From: a virus | Lineage: Duplodnaviria > Caudoviricetes | Strand: one strand, 5' to 3' | Virus record (IMG/VR): IMGVR_UViG_3300025018_000001 | Length of the DNA stretch: 64,000 nucleotides | In this document: in pieces, positions 55,788 through 64,000 of the stretch | Layout of the letters: each line of letters starts with the position of its first letter | Numbering within the stretch: the stretch's first letter is position 1 | The notes under the pieces: generated by a model | What the model saw: only the letters and a program-made list of their open reading frames with translations | Told to the model about the DNA's origin: nothing | The model's database searches: none | Program-made: the position numbers and the translations under genes

Positions 55788-56380
55788 TAAGGAGTCTCCC
55801 CAGAGTCCACTCTACTAATAGCACTAAATTGGAAATTAAGAGACATATCACTACTAGATACGTTGGTTACACCAAAAGAATTTAAATCTGCGGAGTTATT
55901 ACTTTTATTTCTTTTCTCTGTATCGCTAGTAACATTTTGGTCATTAAATTGTACATTAGCATTTACAAGTGCGAATTGTCCACCTTTCTCCGCAGCTCTT
56001 ACTACACCTTCAATTATTGCCCATCTTGCTTTAGAGTCCATTTGACGTCTGGTGTATTTTTCACCTTCGAGCCTATATAAAATATCACTCCCAGATATAT
56101 TCAATATAGTGTAATTAGGGTCATCAAAACAAATACTAGGTCTTGATGATAAAATAAACCCGGTGAATATAATTTTTTCTCGTCCTTTTTCCCCAGCATA
56201 TATCTTTATTTCATTATTATTTATAGACCTAAGATCAGAAGATATTACTTTTAATGATGCAGAAAAAGTTGATTTACTATTTCTTGTTTTAGTGACGTTA
56301 AATGATAAAATATATGGAGTTGATATAGACATACCTCCAAAAGATATCGTAGCTCGTATCTGTACACGTTCTATAGCCAT
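55787..56380 (-). CDS. Baseplate hub (gp27/GpD-like) N-terminal-domain protein
   Basis: SFNVTKTR....FSASL...IKIYAG....IFTGFI.....LNISGSD.L pattern. Confidence 0.55.
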   Translation of the reverse strand: MAIERVQIRATISFGGMSISTPYILSFNVTKTRNSKSTFSASLKVISSDLRSINNNEIKIYAGEKGREKIIFTGFILSSRPSICFDDPNYTILNISGSDILYRLEGEKYTRRQMDSKARWAIIEGVVRAAEKGGQFALVNANVQFNDQNVTSDTEKRNKSNNSADLNSFGVTNVSSSDMSLNFQFSAISRVDSGETP

Positions 56381-58383
56381 TACCCCTCCACTGCGTTATT
56401 ATGAATAGTAATAGATACCCTATCCTTAACTGCTAGTACACTAGCACACCCATTTATACACAATATAGGTCCTATCCCATCTACGTGTACTTTATATTGT
56501 ACGTGGTTACCTAAATCTTGTATAATAGTACCTTTGGTTGATACTTCTTCAGTTTGTTTGTAATATATGCCACCATCTATACCTGCGAAATCACCAAAAT
56601 ATTCTGGACCCTCAGTGACATTTATTAAATAAGAACCCTGGTCTGTATAAGCATATTCAATAACATTTATAATGCCCCCATTTACACCCCTGTCACCAAC
56701 TTTAGGGTCATCCGTAGGAGGACAAGTATGTGTAAAAACTTCACCATTATCGCTTTTTAATAGATCATATAATTTAGAAGATAAAATTCTTGTGTGTGTG
56801 TCATCCAGCGAAGCTAGTGTTAAACTAAGTGTTCTACCGGAACTCATATCAGCTAAAGCTAGTTCCATAGCAGTATCTTGCAGTTCTTGTACTGTAGTTG
56901 GGTCATTGTCAACAATACCATCTGTTTGGTCAATTAAAACACCATTAACTGCTACTGGTGAGGGTAAGTCTCGTACAGCCATGCCTAATATGGCCACACT
57001 AAGATTACTTGCAATATCAGATGCAACCCCTGTTGGGTCTGTGACAACAAAACATGGTGCGTCTAAATTAACTTGTACCCATACCTGTTCAACTAGTACT
57101 CCGTTATTAGTCTCTAGTGGTAATATTGTACCTTGTGCTGGGTCTGCTCCTTGGAATAGTTTAATTAGATCCCTACTTAAATAGTCTATGTAGAAATCCA
57201 CCCCTGTACCAACAGAAGCAAAGTCATTATAACGTAAATTATCTACAAATTGTAAACAAGGTAGATTACTAAATGTATCATCTGTGTCATTATATAATGT
57301 GGCATAGTGTATACTTTCATTTAATTTAATTATATTTCTATATGTATTTTTAGAGTTAACACACAAAACTGTATTCTCTCCAGCATTATCTGATATGGCA
57401 GCAGCATCATCTACAGGAACACCCCAGCAGCTTATTAAAGGAATACCAACAACAAATACACCCTGTATGCCTAAAAATTTACTAACTTTTGTACCTCTAA
57501 CATCCTCATAGGTTAATCCTTCCACTGTTGGTATTACTACAGGTATAGAAGAAGAGGAGCAGTTCATTATAGATAAGTCGAATGTAACACAGCCCTCAGT
57601 TTCTGGGGTGTCATAAGTAGATATCTTTCTTTTTACTAACGTACCAATGTCTGGGTGTACAGCTGTTCCTATTTTTGCCTCAGGGTCTGTTAACAATACA
57701 GGTATAGACGCTTGACTCTGTTGAAAAATTTTTGTAAAGGGAGTAACTAAATCTGCCGGTGGTGTTATCCTCCAAGAGAAACCAATAAATCTATCAAAAG
57801 GTGATTCCAATTCAAACCCTATATCAGCTATACCATTATTCCAATTACTATTTGGTGAGTTTCTAAAAGGGTCATTATATGTTATAGTAGCGTGGGTAGT
57901 AAAGTTACTAAAAAGACAACTAGAATTTAATTTAGTGGTATCATGTATAGTGCTGTTTGCTGAGTTAGGGCCTATAATTTCATACCACTCGTACATTATA
58001 CGTTCTTGTCTTGGTTTTGCTCCTGTTACAGAAACACCTACGTCAGGTCTTATATAACTGTTAGAATTAATACTATAGTATGGATCTATATCAGCATTAT
58101 CACCACCCACCTCATAGAATTCAGCTTGCCCTGCAGCAGTTATACGTACCTCTATTAATTTAGAGCTTTCCTCATTAGCAAACTCTTCTAGTAAGGACGT
58201 CTTTAATGTAGAAAGTGCATCTGCACGCTTTATATCCACACTATTTAAGGAACCCCCTCCGTTTCCCGTATAAGGAATCCCAAAGGTGGCTAGGACATCT
58301 TCAGCTACGCTAGGTTTATCAGATGATGCATCTATTTCTTGCACCACCTGAAAACCAGGCCATGATAAAGGAGTATCAGCCAT
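56380..58383 (-). CDS. Baseplate hub-like protein with C-terminal OB-fold-like segment
   Basis: VAEDVL..FGI, G.AEF, P.VGDR....I..IEY.....SY.INV hub-like patterns, then GTII..LG...YKV...VKDRV; immediately follows the tape measure gene. Confidence 0.5.
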   Translation of the reverse strand: MADTPLSWPGFQVVQEIDASSDKPSVAEDVLATFGIPYTGNGGGSLNSVDIKRADALSTLKTSLLEEFANEESSKLIEVRITAAGQAEFYEVGGDNADIDPYYSINSNSYIRPDVGVSVTGAKPRQERIMYEWYEIIGPNSANSTIHDTTKLNSSCLFSNFTTHATITYNDPFRNSPNSNWNNGIADIGFELESPFDRFIGFSWRITPPADLVTPFTKIFQQSQASIPVLLTDPEAKIGTAVHPDIGTLVKRKISTYDTPETEGCVTFDLSIMNCSSSSIPVVIPTVEGLTYEDVRGTKVSKFLGIQGVFVVGIPLISCWGVPVDDAAAISDNAGENTVLCVNSKNTYRNIIKLNESIHYATLYNDTDDTFSNLPCLQFVDNLRYNDFASVGTGVDFYIDYLSRDLIKLFQGADPAQGTILPLETNNGVLVEQVWVQVNLDAPCFVVTDPTGVASDIASNLSVAILGMAVRDLPSPVAVNGVLIDQTDGIVDNDPTTVQELQDTAMELALADMSSGRTLSLTLASLDDTHTRILSSKLYDLLKSDNGEVFTHTCPPTDDPKVGDRGVNGGIINVIEYAYTDQGSYLINVTEGPEYFGDFAGIDGGIYYKQTEEVSTKGTIIQDLGNHVQYKVHVDGIGPILCINGCASVLAVKDRVSITIHNNAVEG

Positions 58384-58384
58384 A

Positions 58385-61300
58385 TTAGTTTCTCTTTATA
58401 GAGTAGATATGAGTCATTGCTGTATTCTGCCTATCATTTAAGTCTCTTAAAGTTACTGATACTTCCTGACTAAAACGTTTCATAGAAGATGTTAAATTAG
58501 ATACCTCAGAAGTAGTAGCCATCAAATTCTGTTTCAATCCTGCAATCTCGGACTTCTGGTTGATATCCAGTATAGGTAGTTCAGCTACTATATCCTGTAC
58601 AGTAGTTTTAATTAAAGATATTTGGTCTGCAGAACTCTTTTCCAAGTTTCCTACACGTGAGTCAAAATCTTTTAAAGTACTTGCAAACATATCGCCCATA
58701 TCCGCTCCTACAGAACTTGATTTAACATTGATGTCTTTTAATTCGTCCAAGCCTACTATTTTTATATCTCTTAAATTTTCCAAGCCCGCTATAGATATAT
58801 CTTTTAGTTGGTCTATATTGTCAATTTTTATGTTAGTTAATTTTTCCAAACCTTCAACTTTAATATCCCGTATATTATCTAAACCTTCAATTTTTATATC
58901 ACGTAGGTCACTAATACCTTCTATTTGGATATTTTTTAATTCACTTAGACCTTCAATTTTAATATTTTTTAATTCACTTAGACCTTCTATCTTTATATCC
59001 CTTAAGTCGCTTAAACCTTCTATCTTTATATCGGTTAGTTTATCAATTCCCTCAATCTTTATGTTAGTTAACTTAGATAAAGATTTTTCTAAAGTGTTAA
59101 CAATTTTCTCAAAAGTGTCAAGCCCCTCAATTTCAACTTTCTGTTTGGCTGCGGGCTGGCTATTTATAGATGAGGCATTATTCTGGTTTGATTTATCACC
59201 ACCAAAGAAATTTTTATCTAGTATAACTTCACCACCCTCTAAAAAGTAGCTACCTGACTTATGTGCTACACCACCATTATGGCGTACTTGACGACTTAAG
59301 TTATTTACAGCACCGCCAGCATTTAAATTATTAGAGGTTTCACCATTTCTTTTTATAGACTCCCCTTTAGACTGGTTCATTATCCTTTTTATAAGTTCAA
59401 TTAATTCAGCATTAGGTACTGTGCCTGACATTGATTGAATGTATTTTTTATAAAAGTCCGGATCGTTACCAGCTCTTTTTGTGAAGCCACTGATTTGGTT
59501 ATTATATGACTCTAAACCTCGTGTATTTCTATTCTTACGTTTTTCAAATGTACCCTTACCATACTTATCATCAACAAATTTAGCTATGTCTGCATCTGAT
59601 TTCTGTAAGTAGAATCCTTCAGAGGCGCCTAGATTCTGGAAAGCCTCTGTCATCATAAAGTTTGCACGTTGGTTAGTAAGAACTGCTTTCATCCCACCAG
59701 ACCTAACCAAAGTATTTACGTTACGTTGTGCTATCTCTATACCCTTCATGAAATTAACTTGTTCTTTTTCACTTAATTTAGCTAAATAAGCCTTTCTTTC
59801 TGGGCTATCCACACTGACAATATCTAATTTCTCCTGCATTTGTGATAAAGCATCAGGCCCTTTGTTTAGACTGTCTTTCACAAAGTTTGCACCCTTACCG
59901 GTACCATTCATAACAGATAGACCTTTAATATCACTCCAACGATTGGTAGGTTTATTAACTCTTGCCCCCATACTAGTAGCATTAAATTGTCTAGCTATTA
60001 AGTTAGTAGTAGGCTCTTTAAGAGATTCTTCATAGTATGCTGTATTACCTCTACTTATTTCAGTCAACTTAGATATCTCTTCGGTTACTTTCTGTTGTCC
60101 TGCTATCTCCTCAGGAGTTGTAGCGTGCATAAGTTGAGCATCCTGCATATGTAATGATAAACTTCTAGCATTCTTAGCGTTAGAGTCCCTAAAACTAGCT
60201 CTACTACTTATTTTACCTAGAAGTTCTTCTACAGAGTCACCATCAGTGGCCTTATTAGAAACCATTGTTCTCTCAGTAGACAGAATTGCAGAAAAATTCT
60301 CGGCAACTTTATCTAGAGGTATTCCCGTTGCTGTTATCCCTGCAGAACTGCTACCTTTTTGGGCAGATAAATTTGTACCTGACTGCCAAACACCAGAAGC
60401 ATCTTGGTATATACTAGCATTAATTGGTGCAGGTTTTCCTAAGCCCACAACCGCATTAGCACTGTACTTTTCTAAGAGTGCTTTTCTTAATTTCTCTTGC
60501 TCCTTAACCGACCCACCATAAGCGAAACCTTGTGAAGCTATGTGGTCTACCATATTTTTTAAACCTATAGGCCCAGAACGTGTAACAATTTGAGCTAAAG
60601 AAGACCCTTCACCGTAAACAGCTTGTCCTTTAGACATTACTTCTTTTAGTAACGCTTTATTACTTACAAGTTCTTTGGTGTATTTACTTACATTAAGGTT
60701 TGTACCCATAATTCCTTGGGCCTCTTTTAAATAACCAGATAGCCCTTTTGCAGCTGATTTAGATGATGCTTTAGCTATCAAGTTTTTGGCAAGACCGGCT
60801 GCACCAAAACCTGTTAAAATATCTACAGGATCTATCATAGGTGTACCTAAACCACCTGTCTGTTGCTTATAGTCTTTTTCATTAGCAAAACCATGGTTAT
60901 TGTAGTCTTGCTCTGACCAAGAAGCTCGCACTGCTTCATTATTACCACTATTAAGCGCATCCGCTACTGAAGTACCACCTATTTTAGCAACTTCCTCTGG
61001 CGTCAACATTAGTTCACCATTACTAACGTTTATAGGTACTTGTCCACCACTAGCGAAAGATTTTAGACTATTTTTTGCTGCCTGTGCATACTTGGATTGT
61101 ATTATATAAGAACCTGCAGGTGCTGACATTGAGATGTCATCAGAAGTACCTGTACCAGCACCTCTTATCATAGCACCTATAGTACCCCCAGAAGCATGTT
61201 TTTCCGATCCTGGTGTCCACTTTTTATCATCAGGTGTAAATAGTTTAGCTATAGCCTCAAAAGTAGAAGGACTTTTTTCAACATGTAAAACTTTAAGTGC

Positions 61301-64000
61301 ATCAATTAATTGTGGCGCAGTTAATAGAGTATCAGTTAGTACCTTAGTTTGAGCTTCCATTGCACTTACTAAAGGATTTGAGGAAGTTCCTTTAGAGTCT
61401 TTTAAATCTTGAACAGAGGCTCCTCCCAACTTCTCAGTAGTACCGGTCATAACATCTCGCATGTTTTTAAAGTCGTCTTCTTTAACTGGTGTACCACGAT
61501 CTAGTATACTATTAGCAAGGTCTGTGAGTTTTTTGTATCCCTCATCAAGTGCCTCTACTGCTTTTATATCCGATTTTTTACTTTCTGAATTACCTTGAGC
61601 ATCCATATCACTATAAGCATTATCCCAAATTCTAGTGTTTATTTTAGTACGTGTCTGAGCCATGCTAGACAAACTATCCTGTGCAGGTCTAAGAGACTCA
61701 CGAACCATCTGAGATTCACGTAGTTTTTGCTCATGCTGTTTGTATTCTTTCTCTTTTTCAGGTAAATTAGACAACTGCATACGTGCATCAAGCCACTGTT
61801 GACCAGAAGAATTACGCAAAGTAGTCATTAAGTTAGCACGTTCTCTATCAAACTGGTTAGATTTACCGTTCTCTAGGGATACACCACCACTTCTAAGTGC
61901 AGTTTGTCGCTCATTTACATCTATGAATTGTGGCGCAAATGCACCTGACCCACCATACATATTATCTAGTTTAGATTGTAAAGCATCCGCACCCATACTT
62001 GCTGAGAACATAGAAGCTTTTACAGTGTTGATAGAAGTTTCAAACTGTTTTGCAGCGTCAGTAGCAGCAAGAAAGTTACTCATTTTAAGGCTATTACTTT
62101 CTAATCCTCTGCCTATTTTTTCCAATTCTTCTTTATATCTAGTTAACTCCGCTGTTTGTGCAGTTATGTCATTAGCTATTCTTTGAGGTTGATTATCTTT
62201 AAAGAATATACCTCTATCAGAAGTCTGCATTTGTTCCAATTTAAGTTTTCCTAAAGAATCTTCCAACTCTTTAACCTTCTGCAATTTACTATCATATAGA
62301 GTAGTATTTACTTTATACTGTGACATAGTATTTTGCATACCCGCACTTGCTTGCATATGAGCATACTGAGTACTATTCAAGTCTTCTACACTGTTAGGTA
62401 TAAGAGACACATCATTTGTAGCACCACGAAGTCTACCACCCATACCTCTATTACTCATACTATAAAGAGCATCCGTTCTTATACTTGTTATAGTGGACAT
62501 AGCATCTTTAAAGCCAGATATAACTTTTGCAGCCGCGTCTGTTTTTCTAGCAGCCTCTTTAACAGCTACAGCATAACCATCCTGCTTAGCTGTTACATTC
62601 TCAAGTTCTTCTGCTGTTTCCTTAAGGAAATCATCCCATTTCTCAAATTCACTCTCATCAGTAGCTTGTGATCTGTTTTGTAAACCAGCATTCATTCTAG
62701 AAGTAAGAGATAACTTCTGGTCTTCCAACTTAGAATACTCTTTAAGTACGTTTTGTCCTCGATATTTATTATTGTAGGTATCTTCTGGATTAACAGAATT
62801 TATTAATCTTAAGGAGAAATTTTTAAAGTCTGCGGCCCAGTCTGTAGGACCATAAATACCTCTTTGATCTTCTTTACGTTTCTGTACTAACTGAAGAAGT
62901 TCTAAACTATTTAAGTCCGAAACACCTTTAGTATCAATGTTCAAATCCCTTGGGCCTGAGAAACCTTCAAACGCACCAGTACCCAATTTCAAAGAGCGTT
63001 TGAACTCGTCCGCGAAATTACTATCGGCTATGGCCTTGTTCATAGATTCTATTTGCATAATAAACTTTTCAGCCAAGTCTGCTTTACGCATTTCTTCTTT
63101 TAACTTAGCTATTTCTTTATTATACTTATTATGCTCTGCAATTAGGGTGCTTTCTATAGTTGCGGTATCATCAAGTGCTTTATTATATTCTCTGGTTGTG
63201 TCAAAAATTCTAGACACCTCTTCAGTATCAACAGAATCACCACTAGCGTTATCTAACCCAGGCGTTCTAATACTATCATATACTTTTTGAGCTGCGTCAG
63301 AGTTGGCTAGAACTGCCTCATAGATGGCTGTATTTTCACTATCAGCTAAATTACCTAAATCGGTATTTCTAGTTTTATCTTCCGTTTTTCCTGCAGCATA
63401 TCTAGTTAGTGTAAATGCAGAGGCGGCTGCTGCGGCCTGAGCGAATCTATTTATACTGTCTTGGTCTATAGCTATAGTTGATGCTCCAGATACTTCACCT
63501 CCAGATGCGAAGCTATTAACAACACCCCCATTTGCAAAAGATGGTTTTTGTCCGTGTTGCATTTTATTTAGGTTATCTTTACCAATGCTCTTAGCATCTG
63601 CAGCGGAAATAAAGTATTCACCATTACTAACTCTTATATCAGACGTAGCTGACCCGCCAGAAGCAAAACCTAACTGTTCTTTTGCTTTCTGTGAGTATTT
63701 TGATGGTATTATAAAAGAACCTTCAGGTACATTACGCATACGAATAGAATCTGATGTGCCTGTACCAGCACCTTTTATAAGCCCTGTTGTAAATCCGCCG
63801 CCAGCGTGCCGCTCGTCATCATCCCCACTAAATAAGGCGGATGTTAACCCTAGACCAGCACCTAGTAAACCAAGCTTACCCCATTTACTTAAGCCTCTTT
63901 TACCAGTAAGCGCTGGTAGACCAGCTGGGCTAGTGGTAACTAAGTCCCTAGGGCTATTCTTAAATGAGAAACCTGGACCGTTGGCCCTAGCGAACTCTTG
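58385..64000 (-). CDS. Tape-measure-like protein, 5'-truncated by the window (>1870 aa)
   Basis: The frame stays open from 63739 to 64000 (QEFARANG...RHAGGG...GAGTGTSDSIRM). Helical A/K/E/Q-rich composition, FAxGG...GxGTGTSD modules typical of TMP C-terminal regions, and position upstream of hub genes. Confidence 0.85.
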   Translation of the reverse strand, partial: QEFARANGPGFSFKNSPRDLVTTSPAGLPALTGKRGLSKWGKLGLLGAGLGLTSALFSGDDDERHAGGGFTTGLIKGAGTGTSDSIRMRNVPEGSFIIPSKYSQKAKEQLGFASGGSATSDIRVSNGEYFISAADAKSIGKDNLNKMQHGQKPSFANGGVVNSFASGGEVSGASTIAIDQDSINRFAQAAAAASAFTLTRYAAGKTEDKTRNTDLGNLADSENTAIYEAVLANSDAAQKVYDSIRTPGLDNASGDSVDTEEVSRIFDTTREYNKALDDTATIESTLIAEHNKYNKEIAKLKEEMRKADLAEKFIMQIESMNKAIADSNFADEFKRSLKLGTGAFEGFSGPRDLNIDTKGVSDLNSLELLQLVQKRKEDQRGIYGPTDWAADFKNFSLRLINSVNPEDTYNNKYRGQNVLKEYSKLEDQKLSLTSRMNAGLQNRSQATDESEFEKWDDFLKETAEELENVTAKQDGYAVAVKEAARKTDAAAKVISGFKDAMSTITSIRTDALYSMSNRGMGGRLRGATNDVSLIPNSVEDLNSTQYAHMQASAGMQNTMSQYKVNTTLYDSKLQKVKELEDSLGKLKLEQMQTSDRGIFFKDNQPQRIANDITAQTAELTRYKEELEKIGRGLESNSLKMSNFLAATDAAKQFETSINTVKASMFSASMGADALQSKLDNMYGGSGAFAPQFIDVNERQTALRSGGVSLENGKSNQFDRERANLMTTLRNSSGQQWLDARMQLSNLPEKEKEYKQHEQKLRESQMVRESLRPAQDSLSSMAQTRTKINTRIWDNAYSDMDAQGNSESKKSDIKAVEALDEGYKKLTDLANSILDRGTPVKEDDFKNMRDVMTGTTEKLGGASVQDLKDSKGTSSNPLVSAMEAQTKVLTDTLLTAPQLIDALKVLHVEKSPSTFEAIAKLFTPDDKKWTPGSEKHASGGTIGAMIRGAGTGTSDDISMSAPAGSYIIQSKYAQAAKNSLKSFASGGQVPINVSNGELMLTPEEVAKIGGTSVADALNSGNNEAVRASWSEQDYNNHGFANEKDYKQQTGGLGTPMIDPVDILTGFGAAGLAKNLIAKASSKSAAKGLSGYLKEAQGIMGTNLNVSKYTKELVSNKALLKEVMSKGQAVYGEGSSLAQIVTRSGPIGLKNMVDHIASQGFAYGGSVKEQEKLRKALLEKYSANAVVGLGKPAPINASIYQDASGVWQSGTNLSAQKGSSSAGITATGIPLDKVAENFSAILSTERTMVSNKATDGDSVEELLGKISSRASFRDSNAKNARSLSLHMQDAQLMHATTPEEIAGQQKVTEEISKLTEISRGNTAYYEESLKEPTTNLIARQFNATSMGARVNKPTNRWSDIKGLSVMNGTGKGANFVKDSLNKGPDALSQMQEKLDIVSVDSPERKAYLAKLSEKEQVNFMKGIEIAQRNVNTLVRSGGMKAVLTNQRANFMMTEAFQNLGASEGFYLQKSDADIAKFVDDKYGKGTFEKRKNRNTRGLESYNNQISGFTKRAGNDPDFYKKYIQSMSGTVPNAELIELIKRIMNQSKGESIKRNGETSNNLNAGGAVNNLSRQVRHNGGVAHKSGSYFLEGGEVILDKNFFGGDKSNQNNASSINSQPAAKQKVEIEGLDTFEKIVNTLEKSLSKLTNIKIEGIDKLTDIKIEGLSDLRDIKIEGLSELKNIKIEGLSELKNIQIEGISDLRDIKIEGLDNIRDIKVEGLEKLTNIKIDNIDQLKDISIAGLENLRDIKIVGLDELKDINVKSSSVGADMGDMFASTLKDFDSRVGNLEKSSADQISLIKTTVQDIVAELPILDINQKSEIAGLKQNLMATTSEVSNLTSSMKRFSQEVSVTLRDLNDRQNTAMTHIYSIKRN
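58724..59071 (-). repeat. 33-bp / 11-aa tandem repeat (~10.5 copies, L(T/R/K)(D/N)IKIEGL(S/D)x) in the TMP C-terminus
   Basis: LTNIKIEGIDK/LTDIKIEGLSD/LRDIKIEGLSE/LKNIKIEGLSE/LKNIQIEGISD/LRDIKIEGLDN/IRDIKVEGLEK/LTNIKIDNIDQ/LKDISIAGLEN/LRDIKIVGLDE/LKDINV. Confidence 0.95.
60938..63811 (-). repeat. Two dispersed copies of a ~90-aa module in the TMP (~63500-63811 and ~60938-61201)
   Basis: HAGGG..GLIKGAGTGTSDSI..PEGSFIIPSKY..FASGG..IRVSNGE versus HASGG..AMIRGAGTGTSDDI..PAGSYIIQSKY..FASGG..INVSNGE. Confidence 0.9.

Larger units (their letters stand above)
1..64000 (-). mobile_element. Segment of a large (jumbo-type) tailed dsDNA bacteriophage genome
   Basis: All genes are on one strand over 64 kb with tight or overlapping packing. 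A tape-measure-like gene and ~45 kb of virion-type genes adjoin a self-contained replication/recombination/nucleotide operon. There are no ribosomal or other cellular housekeeping genes, and no integrase or att site is visible. Confidence 0.9.

Noticed and set aside
55395-58383. Bacterial T6SS/eCIS locus because of VgrG-like features
   Set aside because: No TssJ/L/M, ClpV or Afp ATPase context; surrounded by a TMP and a phage replisome.
58560-59249. 229-aa plus-strand ORF with apparent periodicity
   Set aside because: It is the antisense reading of the 33-bp TMP repeat.
344-63290. All plus-strand ORFs in the supplied track (60-229 aa)
   Set aside because: Each lies antisense to a longer, motif-supported minus-strand gene, has no recognisable motifs and shows shadow-frame composition.
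1-64000. tRNA genes or stop-codon reassignment
   Set aside because: No cloverleaf or T-loop signature in the short intergenic gaps; ORFs tile the window in the standard code and end at TAA, TAG and TGA.

Overview
This AT-rich, gene-dense window has every credible gene on the minus strand and reads in the standard code. It looks like a 64 kb piece of a large (jumbo-type) tailed dsDNA phage genome rather than a cellular chromosome. In transcription order (right to left) it has three parts. (1) ~64.0-18.7 kb is a tail/virion morphogenesis block: a tape-measure-like protein open beyond the window edge (>1870 aa), hub/tube-like proteins, and many very large modular lectin/Ig/beta-propeller proteins (up to 2269 aa) that share shuffled domains. 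(2) 18.7-9.2 kb starts at a near-consensus sigma70 promoter and is a replication/recombination operon: beta-clamp DnaN, RecA, endonuclease, UvsY-like protein, DnaB, primase, SSB, DnaJ, RuvC-like resolvase and an Fe-S PD-(D/E)XK nuclease. (3) 9.2-0.3 kb holds two GT-B glycosyltransferases, ThyA, DHFR, a NUDIX hydrolase, an intact and a degenerate SAM methyltransferase, a degenerate KdsC-like HAD protein, a gamma-type clamp loader DnaX and a family A DNA polymerase. The two strongest leads are hypotheses. First, the PolA has a perfect beta-clamp-binding motif (QLSLF) at the thumb tip, in a genome that encodes its own DnaN and DnaX, suggesting a clamp-processive family A replisome. Second, a T-T-x-S-G / T-x-S-G motif recurs in the virion proteins, including in loop insertions and at one C-terminus, and may be the acceptor sequon of a phage-encoded glycosyltransferase/methyltransferase virion-glycosylation system. 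No CRISPR array, tRNA, integrase, transposase, intein or reverse transcriptase was seen. All assignments are by-eye motif recognition; no database searches were run.
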